Part shown: positions 45,419 through 54,590 of the stretch, piece after piece
Numbering within the stretch: position 1 is the stretch's first letter
Layout of the letters: each line of letters opens with the position of its first letter
Source of the DNA: Escherichia coli
Lineage (GTDB): Bacteria > Pseudomonadota > Gammaproteobacteria > Enterobacterales > Enterobacteriaceae
Direction: 5' to 3' (one strand)
DNA: 64,000 nucleotides
NCBI RefSeq assembly: GCF_022846255.1
Contig: NZ_AP025682.1
The notes under the pieces: generated by a model
What the model was told of the DNA's origin: nothing
Databases searched by the model: none
Seen by the model: only the letters and a program-made list of their open reading frames with translations
Program-made: the position numbers and the translations under genes

Positions 45419-45717
45419 GAGAATATTTTCGCGATTACGGAAAAACAAATCACATCTTAATTACTGTTGATAACCATCAGCAAGAAGATCATTGGTTTTT
45501 CGATGCTTAATCTTTTTTATCCGAAGCAGGTCACATTTATGGCTTGATAAATATCTTTGTTAAAACTCACTTTTGTGTATTTCTCTCAAATAATCCCCTG
45601 GAAATTACGCCCGGAGATTATAAAGTTCAGGATCATTCATTAGCAAACCATTGCTGCCCCACTCCCTGGGGCTTTAAATCTCTTACTGTTCACCATTGCA
45701 GGCGTTTCAAATGCGTA

Positions 45718-47100
45718 TCAACCTGCCACGCTCCCCCACACCAGTTGCCCTTTATGGAACGTTGCGGTTCTCGGCGAGATACGCGCCACCGCCTCGGCGG
45801 AACAGGAGGCGTCCACCAGCACAAAGCTGGCGTCATCCTGCGCTTTAGGCCACACGCGCTCGCCTTTTTCGTTGAGCGGCAATACATCGCCAGTGGCTAA
45901 AAACAGCGAGCGGGAGAGGTTCTGTTCGTTAGGACGAATATAGAGCTGCGCGTACAGATTGGCTTTTTCCAGCATGTCGCCCAGGCCGTAAGGCGACCAG
46001 TGGTCGATAACGCTGTCGGTGCCGGTCATCACTTTTACGCCTTTGTCGTGCAACTGTTTGAGCGGCATATGCAGCGTGCCAATCGGTACCGTCGAGGCGA
46101 TAGAAATTTGCTGCGCCGCCATCCGGTGCGCCAGTTCATCTACCTGTTGTTCGTTGAGCGTTGCCAGCGCGAAGGCGTGGCTGATGGTCAGCTTGCCCTT
46201 CAGCTGTGGCGTTTTCTCTACCGTTTCAACCATATAATTGATGGCTGCCACGCCTGCCGGAGTGGTTTCGTGCAGGTGAATATCGACGCCTTTGTCGTAG
46301 TCCAGCGCAATCTGGAACATGGTGTCGAGGGATTTTTCCATCGCGCCATCGACACTGGTCGGGTCCAGCCCGCCGACGTAATGCGCGCCCGCCTGCATTG
46401 CTTCACGCATTAAAGGTTCCGATTTCGACAGCAGCAAACCGTGCTGCGGGAAGGCGACAATTTCACACTCGAAGCCCGCCTGACGTCGCGCCAGCACCGA
46501 CTGCAAATTTTGCAGATTTTTCAGGCCGGAAACCGGTTCGATATTGCAGTGGCTGCGGGCAATGGTGGTGCCTTTTGACTGCAATAAATCGATCAGTTTT
46601 TCCGCCCGTTCCTGAGTATATGGTTGCAGCTCCGGCAGCATTTTCTGCTCGAGTTTGATCATGTCCTGGATAGTGGTGCCTGCCGGACGATTGAGCGAGC
46701 GCCACGGCCCGCCGTAGAAGGTTTTATCGAGATGAATATGCATGTCGCGGGTGGTGGGCAGCATCAGCTTACCGCCAGCGTCATAGTGCGGCAGCGTGGC
46801 GTCCGGATGCTGCTTGTTCTCGCGCAGGGCAACAATTTTACCGTCCTGAATCTCCACGGTCTGGCGCGCCGTGCGGGTCTGTACCGCCACGCCATTTTCG
46901 TAGTCAAAACCGGTTTCCAGCAGCACGTTATCGAGATAGTAATGCGGGTCAGTGATTTTCATGGTGTTGTTCGCTTCGCAGTTTAGGGTGCCAGCTACCC
47001 CCGCATGGGCGAGCGGCACTGAGGGACCAAACAGCGCGGCGGCGGTAACCATCTTACCGCTCTGGCTCAGAAATTCACGGCGGCTATTGTTTTCTTTCAT
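45718..47100 (-). CDS. yahJ: Tat-exported metal-dependent amidohydrolase/deaminase
   Basis: 460 aa; twin-arginine signal SRREFLSQSGKMVTAAALFGPSVPLAHA; HIH metal site. Confidence 0.9.
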   Translation of the reverse strand: MKENNSRREFLSQSGKMVTAAALFGPSVPLAHAGVAGTLNCEANNTMKITDPHYYLDNVLLETGFDYENGVAVQTRTARQTVEIQDGKIVALRENKQHPDATLPHYDAGGKLMLPTTRDMHIHLDKTFYGGPWRSLNRPAGTTIQDMIKLEQKMLPELQPYTQERAEKLIDLLQSKGTTIARSHCNIEPVSGLKNLQNLQSVLARRQAGFECEIVAFPQHGLLLSKSEPLMREAMQAGAHYVGGLDPTSVDGAMEKSLDTMFQIALDYDKGVDIHLHETTPAGVAAINYMVETVEKTPQLKGKLTISHAFALATLNEQQVDELAHRMAAQQISIASTVPIGTLHMPLKQLHDKGVKVMTGTDSVIDHWSPYGLGDMLEKANLYAQLYIRPNEQNLSRSLFLATGDVLPLNEKGERVWPKAQDDASFVLVDASCSAEAVARISPRTATFHKGQLVWGSVAG

Positions 47101-47109
47101 CTTACGTCC

Positions 47110-48060
47110 TTAGGTTTTAATAATATGGGTGCCCGTTTCGCCGCGTAGCGCCGCAGGCAGGCATTCCGGCGTGGTGATAATCACTTCTTTGCCGCCTTGT
47201 TCCAGGAACGTCAGGCTGGCGATGATTTTTGGCAACATGCTGCCAGGTGGGAAATGCCCTTCCTGCATATAGCGGGTCATGGTGGCAATATCTACGCGAT
47301 CCAGCGCCTGCTGCTGCGGTTTGCCAAAGTGAATACACACTTTTTCGACGCCAGTGGTGATCACCAGAATGTCGGCGTGAATTTCGCGAGCCAGTAGCGC
47401 GGTAGAGAAATCTTTGTCGATAACCGCGTCCACGCTTTGGTAATCCCCCGCGTCAGTACGCACTACCGGAATTCCGCCGCCGCCCGCGCCAATCACCACA
47501 AAGCCTTGTTGGATCAGCGCCTTAATGGCAGGTGCTTCGACAATACGTTTCGGTTCCGGCGAGGCGACCACGCGGCGATAGCCCCGTCCGGCATCTTCAA
47601 CAAAACGCCAGTCAGGGTTTGCCTTTTGTAGTTCGTCACGCTGGCTTTCATTAAAGAATGCGCCAATGGGTTTGGTGGGATGAGCAAAACCCGGATCGTT
47701 TTTATCCACTTCCACCTGGGTCACCACGGTGACGGCTTTTTTCTCGCCATGACGCGCCAGTCGGTTGTTCAGCGCCTGCTGGATCAGATAGCCAATGCCA
47801 CCTTGCGTATCCGCCACACAGTTCGCCAGCGGCGTTAAGGGCAGCCCTTCGCGCTCGTGGGCAATCTCCGCGCGGCGTAAATCCAGCCCGACCTGCGGCC
47901 CGTTGCCGTGGGTCAGCACAATGTCGTAATCGGAAGCCAGCATTTCCAGCACCGTATCGGCCACGGCTTTCACCGCCTCCGCCTGATGCTCAATCGACTG
48001 GCTGGCGTTATCTTTGATAATGCTGTTGCCACCAATGGCAACGACCACAAGTTCTTTCAT
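47110..48060 (-). CDS. yahI: carbamate kinase-like protein
   Basis: 316 aa MKELVVVAIGGNSIIKDN..., amino-acid kinase fold. Confidence 0.9.
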   Translation of the reverse strand: MKELVVVAIGGNSIIKDNASQSIEHQAEAVKAVADTVLEMLASDYDIVLTHGNGPQVGLDLRRAEIAHEREGLPLTPLANCVADTQGGIGYLIQQALNNRLARHGEKKAVTVVTQVEVDKNDPGFAHPTKPIGAFFNESQRDELQKANPDWRFVEDAGRGYRRVVASPEPKRIVEAPAIKALIQQGFVVIGAGGGGIPVVRTDAGDYQSVDAVIDKDFSTALLAREIHADILVITTGVEKVCIHFGKPQQQALDRVDIATMTRYMQEGHFPPGSMLPKIIASLTFLEQGGKEVIITTPECLPAALRGETGTHIIKT

Positions 48061-48104
48061 GTTGTTATGTCCGCGACAGAGGGTGATGGGGTTATGACCA
48101 ACGC

Positions 48105-48292
48105 CAGACTGCCTGATGCGCTACGCTTATCAGGCCTACAGATTCTTGCGCCACTCGTAGGCCGGATAAGGCGTTCACGCCGCATCCGGCTGTGGTGGCC
48201 AATGCCTGAAGCGCCACGCTTATCAGGCCTACAGATTTCCGCGCCATTCGTAGGCCGGATAAGGCGTTCACGCCGCATCCGGCAGAAACAAC
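48105..48292. repeat. tandem REP/BIME cluster between yahI and yahG
   Basis: Two ~95-bp units, each CTGATGCGCTACGCTTATCAGGCCTACAG...GTAGGCCGGATAAGGCGTTCACGCCGCATCCGGC. Confidence 0.8.
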
Positions 48293-48306
48293 GCGCACTT
48301 TACAGA

Positions 48307-49725
48307 TCAGACGCCGTAACGTTCGCACCAGCCAAAAATGGCTTTCTCGAAGCAGGCGAAGGGTGGATGCACAATGCCCGCGCCAATCATGCCGACGCCC
48401 GCATCTTTATGGGCGATGGCGGTGTTGATCACTGGCAGAATGCCGCTGCTACCCACGCGGGTGATGTCGATTGCCGACGGAACGCCCATAAAACCGAGCA
48501 GCGGAATGGTGACGTTGGGGTTTTCGCCAAGGGTGATTTCACGCATCTGACGGGAGAAATCGATAGCCTCTTCCACCGTGCCACCCACCAGCGCGACGAT
48601 CGCGGGCGCGGTCGCCATCGCAAATCCGCCGATACCGTAGGTTTCGGTGATGGCGCTGTCGCCAATATCCAGCCCTGAATCTTCCGGCTTATAACCGGCA
48701 AACATCGGGCCGATGACCTGCTGCGCCGGGCCGGTAAACCACTGCCCCGGCAGGCCGCTGACCCGCAGGCCGAACTCGACGCCGTTACGCGCCATGGTGG
48801 TCACCACGGTGCTGTATTCGATGCCGTGCGCCGCATCCATCGCCGCTTTACACATCGCCATCCACGTCGGGCCGGAGAAGTAGTCGCTGCTGGCGACAAA
48901 CTCAAACACTTCGCGCTGTTGCTCGACGGAATAACCTGCCTGAATAATCCCCGGCGTCAGCGCCTGAATCAGCAGCGTCGTCCCGGCGTTATTGCGGTTA
49001 TGGCATTCATCGCCCATATGCAGCGCCTGCGCCAGCATTAAGCGCAGATCGATTTCGCCGATAATTTTCATCGCGTCGCGCAGCATGGGTCCCTGCACAT
49101 CGCGCATCCAGTTGAGGCGGTCGATCACGCTCTGGTCGTTAGCGCCCATACGCAAAATCTTCGCCATCTGCTCGCTCATGTTGGTATAAGCGACGTTGCC
49201 ATAGGTTTTGTTTTTCACGATGTGCATAAACATCGAGGCCGAGGTGACGCCCGCCATCGATCCCACACAGTCGTGCTCGTGGCACGGCGAGAAGGTGATC
49301 TCCCCGGAAGCCGCCAGCTCAGCCGCCTCGTCGAGATCTTTCGCCAGTCCTTCAAACACCAGCGCTCCGGTGACCGCGCCTTTCATCGCGCCGCACATTT
49401 TTTCCCAGGTGACCGGCGGCCCGGCGTGAAGAATGGTTTTCGGCGTCATGCCCGGCACCACGTTAATCGCCTGATCAAAACCAATCAGCACCGGATGCGA
49501 CTGGATAATGCGCTCCAGCGCCTGCTGGTTAGCGGCGGTGATTTTGTCCGCCAGCGGCGAATCGGCAATGTTGTCCAGTGCCTGCACCACCTGCATATTG
49601 CCCTGCCCCGGCGGCGTCCAGTCGAGTTGGGTCACTTCTACATGCTGCTTTTTCAGATCATCGCTAAACATGGCGATACCGACGTTAATAACGTTCAACG
49701 GTTGGCTAAACAGTGACTGGCTCAT
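48307..49725 (-). CDS. yahG: DUF1116 protein (YlbE/AllG paralogue)
   Basis: 472 aa. Confidence 0.88.
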   Translation of the reverse strand: MSQSLFSQPLNVINVGIAMFSDDLKKQHVEVTQLDWTPPGQGNMQVVQALDNIADSPLADKITAANQQALERIIQSHPVLIGFDQAINVVPGMTPKTILHAGPPVTWEKMCGAMKGAVTGALVFEGLAKDLDEAAELAASGEITFSPCHEHDCVGSMAGVTSASMFMHIVKNKTYGNVAYTNMSEQMAKILRMGANDQSVIDRLNWMRDVQGPMLRDAMKIIGEIDLRLMLAQALHMGDECHNRNNAGTTLLIQALTPGIIQAGYSVEQQREVFEFVASSDYFSGPTWMAMCKAAMDAAHGIEYSTVVTTMARNGVEFGLRVSGLPGQWFTGPAQQVIGPMFAGYKPEDSGLDIGDSAITETYGIGGFAMATAPAIVALVGGTVEEAIDFSRQMREITLGENPNVTIPLLGFMGVPSAIDITRVGSSGILPVINTAIAHKDAGVGMIGAGIVHPPFACFEKAIFGWCERYGV

Positions 49726-51272
49726 CAGGCTTCCTCCCCTTTGCAGATAAATTCACGCGCCAGCAATCCGGTATTGGTGCTGCTGCTCGCCAGAATCACT
49801 CCGGCATCAAGCAGCATCTGGCTTTGTTGTTCTAATGATGGCGTATCGAGATCGGTGCCCAGCACATAGGCGAGAATGATCAACTCGCGTCCTTCGGCAG
49901 CGGCGATCGCTTTCGCTTCTTTGATCGCCTCGATGGTGGAACCGACCGGATCTTCATGCGATCCAAATCCGAGCACAAAATCCATCACGATCACCGCCAC
50001 TTCTGGATCGCGCGCTTCTTCGATCAAGCGGCTGATACGGTTGGTCGGGTCAATCATTGGATGCGGCTTGCCGTTGGTGAAGTCATCATCGCCAAAATCG
50101 AGGAAGGTGTGTTTGATGCTGCGGTTGATATCTTGCAGGCGGAATTCAGGATCGGGCTGGATATTGCTGTAGACATCGCCATGTTTTTCCATCACCGCGA
50201 ACAGGGTTTCGTCACACAGCGTACCGCCGCAGAACAGACCACGAATGTATTTCTGCTGCGGTTGCAGACGCGCACGCACATCCGCAATCAACGGCTGGTT
50301 AAGCGTATGCAGGTCGAGATGTTCTTGTTTCACGCCGGAGAGCATCACCGCTTTCAATGCCGCCTCTTTGCTGCCGCGAGCAAACTGTAGCCCCTGCTCA
50401 TCCACTGGCGTTTCGCCACGACCGAGGAAGCAGGCCACCACTGGCTTGCGGCAGGCGCGTGCGCGTTCCAGCACTTTGCGGGCCACCGCAGGCGCAGGCG
50501 GTTTGGAGATAAGCACAATGATTTCAGTTTGCGGATCGTTTTCCAGCATCCCGATGGCATCGAGCATCATCAGGCCACCGATTTTCTCGCTCAGGTCGCG
50601 CCCGCCGGTGCCGATCAGTTGTGAAACGCCGCCACCAAATTCATGGATACGGACGCTCAATTCCTGGCTGCCGGTGCCAGATGCGCCAACAATACCGATG
50701 TTGCCGCGACGCACGGCGTTACCAAAGCAGAGCGCCGCGCCGTTGATAATCGCCGTGCCGCAGTCTGGCCCCATCATCAGCAGCCCTTTTTCATGGGCCA
50801 ACTGTTTGAGCGCCAGTTCATCTTCAACTGAGACATTATCGGAAAACAGCATCACGTTGAGGTCATTTTGCAGCGCCTGACGCGCTTCGCGAGCGGCAAA
50901 CAGACCGTTGACCGAAATCACTGCCAGGTTACTTTCCGGGATATGCTTTTTGGCGCTGGCAATAGTGCCGTAACGCGCCTCGTGCGAGCCGCTTTGCGCT
51001 TTGGTGTTGAACAGTTCTTCAATCTCCGCCAGCAACTGCTCGTTGTCCACACCCGATTTACCATTGATGACAATCATCAGGTCGCCGTTTTTCGCCTGCT
51101 CCAGCTCCGGCGTCAGCAGTCCTAAATTCTTCAACACGCCTTTGTTCATTTCGGTCGCCATCGCCACAAATGCCTGCTCGACGCCGTCGAGTTTATTTGC
51201 ACGCGTGGAGATAGACATCAGCGAGACAGAATCAAAATAGGTATTCGGTTTAATGACTATTTTAACTGACAT
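49725..51272 (-). CDS. yahF: FdrA-like CoA-binding protein (FdrA/AllF paralogue)
   Basis: 515 aa; succinyl-CoA-synthetase-alpha-like Gly-rich motifs. Confidence 0.88.
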   Translation of the reverse strand: MSVKIVIKPNTYFDSVSLMSISTRANKLDGVEQAFVAMATEMNKGVLKNLGLLTPELEQAKNGDLMIVINGKSGVDNEQLLAEIEELFNTKAQSGSHEARYGTIASAKKHIPESNLAVISVNGLFAAREARQALQNDLNVMLFSDNVSVEDELALKQLAHEKGLLMMGPDCGTAIINGAALCFGNAVRRGNIGIVGASGTGSQELSVRIHEFGGGVSQLIGTGGRDLSEKIGGLMMLDAIGMLENDPQTEIIVLISKPPAPAVARKVLERARACRKPVVACFLGRGETPVDEQGLQFARGSKEAALKAVMLSGVKQEHLDLHTLNQPLIADVRARLQPQQKYIRGLFCGGTLCDETLFAVMEKHGDVYSNIQPDPEFRLQDINRSIKHTFLDFGDDDFTNGKPHPMIDPTNRISRLIEEARDPEVAVIVMDFVLGFGSHEDPVGSTIEAIKEAKAIAAAEGRELIILAYVLGTDLDTPSLEQQSQMLLDAGVILASSSTNTGLLAREFICKGEEA

Positions 51273-52125
51273 AATTCCCTCCGTAGGTTTGACTCAGCGC
51301 ACAACCATCGGCCATGCCATACAGCATGTCGCAGCCGGAACTGGAGCCAATATGTTTAATTTTTTCTATTGCCTGAGTTGCGTTCCCAGGGATGTCATAA
51401 ATAATGTTGTGAATAAAACGATGAATATTTTCCCGGCAGCGTTGTTGTAATGCGGCTTCCAGCGTGATGGCACTTAATAACGTGGTATTATTTCTGCCGC
51501 GTTGCAAACCGAGATAAAATTCCTCTTTGTATTTTTCCGCCGGATGTCCGGAAATAAATAAAATAAGTACCAGTCCGGTCAGATAATCATCGGCTGATGG
51601 CGTAAGGCCAATCCCTAAGCCCATCATACTGGCGACTGCTGAGGCGATATTTTGTTTATCGTTTACGGCCTGAATAACTGCCCGTCGTTTAATATGTAGT
51701 TCTTTATTTAACGCCTGATAAAACGGATTATCGCCGCGATAATTAAACAGGGTTTCATTTTCCCCCAGGTGCTGATGAATAATGTCGTGCCACTGTTGCC
51801 AGGCGATAAGGTGAAAATTCACAGCGGTCATTTGCAAGGTTGGGGACAGCCAACGCCGACAACGACTCATCTCTATATGAAGATGTTGACCAACCGTAAT
51901 GCCTTGATCGTCAAACTGAACCTTATCACCATGCCGGAACAGACCATTAAAGTGAGTGAGTGCCAACCGACAACTGTTTGGCGCATTGTCGTACTCTTCA
52001 CAAAGCAGCGTTAGCAACTGCTGGCGAGCCGGGAGTGCGATATTTACCGCTCTGGCAAAGACCTGTTCAACCTGTCCTTGCCCCCGCTGCGCCAGAAAAT
52101 CAGCATCCGCAGTTAGCGCCCACAC
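51262..52125 (-). CDS. yahE: DUF2877 protein (YlbF/AllH paralogue)
   Basis: 287 aa; non-ATG start as given by the ORF track; overlaps yahF by 11 nt. Confidence 0.8.
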   Translation of the reverse strand: MWALTADADFLAQRGQGQVEQVFARAVNIALPARQQLLTLLCEEYDNAPNSCRLALTHFNGLFRHGDKVQFDDQGITVGQHLHIEMSRCRRWLSPTLQMTAVNFHLIAWQQWHDIIHQHLGENETLFNYRGDNPFYQALNKELHIKRRAVIQAVNDKQNIASAVASMMGLGIGLTPSADDYLTGLVLILFISGHPAEKYKEEFYLGLQRGRNNTTLLSAITLEAALQQRCRENIHRFIHNIIYDIPGNATQAIEKIKHIGSSSGCDMLYGMADGCALSQTYGGNYVS

Positions 52126-52164
52126 ACACCGTTTTTCTGGTGTGTTGATAGCAAGCCTCCCGGT

Positions 52165-52770
52165 TTATGCACCTGCGGCGATCAGCAACTGCGCAATCTC
52201 TTCAAAGCCCCGTTCCCGCGCCAGTTCCAGCGGCGTTTTGCCATATTTATCGGTCAGATGCGGGCTGGCACCGTGTTCCAGCAATAACTGGACAATCGCC
52301 TGCTGTTTAATCCCGCCATCGTTAAGCACAATCGCTTCCAGCAACGGTGTCCAGCCAACATGGTTAGTCTGGTTAACGTTAATCTCCGTATTTGCCAAAA
52401 GCTCTTTTACAATACTTAAATGGCCTTTTTCACAGGCAGGCGTCAGGCCGACACCGCCAAAACGGGTTACGCAATTAATATCGGGTTTAGCCGGTAAAAT
52501 AATTCGTAGTAGCGTTAAATCATCGTTCAGACAGCTAATTAAAAAAGGATTTAAACAGGTATGATCTTGTTTATTAATATTCGCTCCGGCGTCAATTAAT
52601 GCCTGAACGCAAGCATATTGCTGATATAAACTTGCCAGCGTAATTGCCGTTTTCCCCTGACGATCGCAGGTATTAATATCGACACCCAGCGCAAGGCAGA
52701 TTTTTACTTTATCGATATCCCCCTGTTGCGCAGCCAATAAATAGTCTGCAGGTAGATTTTTTATAGTCAT
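52165..52770 (-). CDS. yahD: ankyrin-repeat protein
   Basis: 201 aa with ankyrin motifs (GKTPLELA, LLEHGA...). Confidence 0.88.
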   Translation of the reverse strand: MTIKNLPADYLLAAQQGDIDKVKICLALGVDINTCDRQGKTAITLASLYQQYACVQALIDAGANINKQDHTCLNPFLISCLNDDLTLLRIILPAKPDINCVTRFGGVGLTPACEKGHLSIVKELLANTEINVNQTNHVGWTPLLEAIVLNDGGIKQQAIVQLLLEHGASPHLTDKYGKTPLELARERGFEEIAQLLIAAGA

Positions 52771-53027
52771 TCACATTCACCTGGTTTTTGTGGCTGTTTT
52801 CGATGAATTGAGAATAGCAACGATAATCTGATAAAAGAACCCGCTTAAATTTAATTCGCCGTATTTCGCCTTTTTGTTGAATGATGTTCAACAATCTTTT
52901 CGCAGTGTGCGGTAGTGCAATATTTGTTTCTTTGACCCGATACCCTTTCACTCAATCAGGTTTTATTTCTCTATAGTCTGTACATGTAAGAGTAGCTTTC
53001 GTCCATGTCTAACCAGAGGGGAACAAG

Positions 53028-53525
53028 ATGAACGGACTCACGGCAACGGGTGTCACCGTCGGTATTTGTGCAGGGCTTTGGCAGTTAGTGTCTTCACATG
53101 TCGGGCTCTCTCAGGGATGGGAATTATTAGGAACCATTGGCTTCGTCGCCTTTTGCAGTTTTTATGCCGCAGGCGGCGGTAAATCGGGGTTTATCAGAAG
53201 TCTGGCGGTTAATTATTTCGGGATGGTGTGGGCCTTTTTCGCCGCGCTGGCTGCCGGCTGGCTGGCCTCTGTAAGTGGGATTTCCGGGTTCTGGGCGAGC
53301 GTGATTATGACTGTACCCTTCTCGGCGGTGGTGGTCTGGCAAGGACGTTTCGGTTTACTGTCTTTTATTCCCGGAGGCTTTCTCGGCATGACGCTATTTT
53401 TTGCCAGCGGGATGAACTGGACGGTGACATTACTGGGTTTTCTGGCGGGTAACTGCGTGGGGATAATTTCAGAATATGGCGGACAAAAATTAAGCGAAGC
53501 GACGACTAAACGCGACGGGTATTAA
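53028..53525 (+). CDS. yahC: inner membrane protein YahC
   Basis: 165 aa hydrophobic protein. Confidence 0.85.
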   Translation: MNGLTATGVTVGICAGLWQLVSSHVGLSQGWELLGTIGFVAFCSFYAAGGGKSGFIRSLAVNYFGMVWAFFAALAAGWLASVSGISGFWASVIMTVPFSAVVVWQGRFGLLSFIPGGFLGMTLFFASGMNWTVTLLGFLAGNCVGIISEYGGQKLSEATTKRDGY

Positions 53526-53616
53526 AAGTTATTCAAAAATGATTATCTATCTTTAACCGATACCTCTACAGTCATAGCTGGAGAAATTCATATTCGATAA
53601 TGGCGGGAATGGTTTA

Positions 53617-54549
53617 ATGAACTCAATTTTTACCGAAGAGAATCTGTTGGCATTTACTACCGCTGCGCGTTTTGGCAGTTTCAGTAAAGCCGCAGAAGAG
53701 TTGGGTTTAACCACTTCCGCCATTAGCTACACCATCAAGCGAATGGAAACAGGGCTGGATGTGGTGCTGTTCACTCGCAGTACCCGAAGCATTGAGTTAA
53801 CGGAGTCCGGGCGTTATTTTTTCCGCAAAGCTACCGACCTGCTGAATGATTTTCACGCCATCAAACGCAGCATCGATACTATTTCGCAGGGTATAGAAGC
53901 ACGGGTGCGCATTTGTATTAACCAACTGCTTTATACGCCCAAACACACCGCACGCTTATTACAGGTACTGAAAAAGCAGTTTCCAACCTGCCAGATTACC
54001 GTGACGACCGAAGTGTATAACGGCGTCTGGGATGCGATTATTAATAATCAGGCGAATATTGCTATCGGCGCGCCCGACACACTGTTGGACGGCGGCGGCA
54101 TTGATTACACGGAGATTGGCGCAATTCGCTGGGCTTTTGCTATCGCCCCGGATCACCCATTAGCCTTTGTGCCGGAACCCATCGCCGAAAGCCAACTGCG
54201 TCTCTATCCTAATATCATGGTGGAGGACACCGCGCATACGATTAATAAAAAAGTGGGCTGGTTGCTGCATGGGCAGGAGTCGATTCTGGTGCCAGATTTC
54301 AACACCAAATGTCAGTGCCAGATTTTAGGTGAAGGAATTGGTTTTTTGCCGGATTACATGGTCCGTGAGGCGATGGCGCAATCCCTGCTGGTTACCCGAC
54401 AAATCCATAATCCGCGCCAGGATTCACGCATGTTACTCGCAACTCAGCATTCTGCTACGGGTCAGGTGACGCAGTGGATTAAAAAACAATTTTCGCCAAA
54501 TGGCATATTAACGGGGATCTATCAGGATTTACTGCATCGGGAGAATTAA
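53617..54549 (+). CDS. yahB: LysR-family transcriptional regulator
   Basis: 310 aa; N-terminal HTH LAFTTAARFGSFSKAAEELGLTTSAISYTIKRME. Confidence 0.9.
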   Translation: MNSIFTEENLLAFTTAARFGSFSKAAEELGLTTSAISYTIKRMETGLDVVLFTRSTRSIELTESGRYFFRKATDLLNDFHAIKRSIDTISQGIEARVRICINQLLYTPKHTARLLQVLKKQFPTCQITVTTEVYNGVWDAIINNQANIAIGAPDTLLDGGGIDYTEIGAIRWAFAIAPDHPLAFVPEPIAESQLRLYPNIMVEDTAHTINKKVGWLLHGQESILVPDFNTKCQCQILGEGIGFLPDYMVREAMAQSLLVTRQIHNPRQDSRMLLATQHSATGQVTQWIKKQFSPNGILTGIYQDLLHREN

Positions 54550-54590
54550 TCGCTGCCAACCTCCCGATGCGCTGTGAATAGCGGTTTACA

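Noticed and set aside
48057-48328. Small minus-strand ORFs translating as MRRERLIRPT... (also 29576..29851 and the N-terminal extension of lacA at 26103)
   Set aside because: These are translations of REP palindromes; the same peptide motif recurs wherever a REP occurs.
47908-48678. 256-aa plus-strand ORF spanning the yahI start, the REP cluster and yahG 3' end
   Set aside because: Reads through palindromic REP units and is antisense to two conserved genes; artefact.
50245-50880. 211-aa plus-strand ORF inside yahF
   Set aside because: Antisense shadow ORF, Ser/Pro/Arg-rich low-complexity translation.
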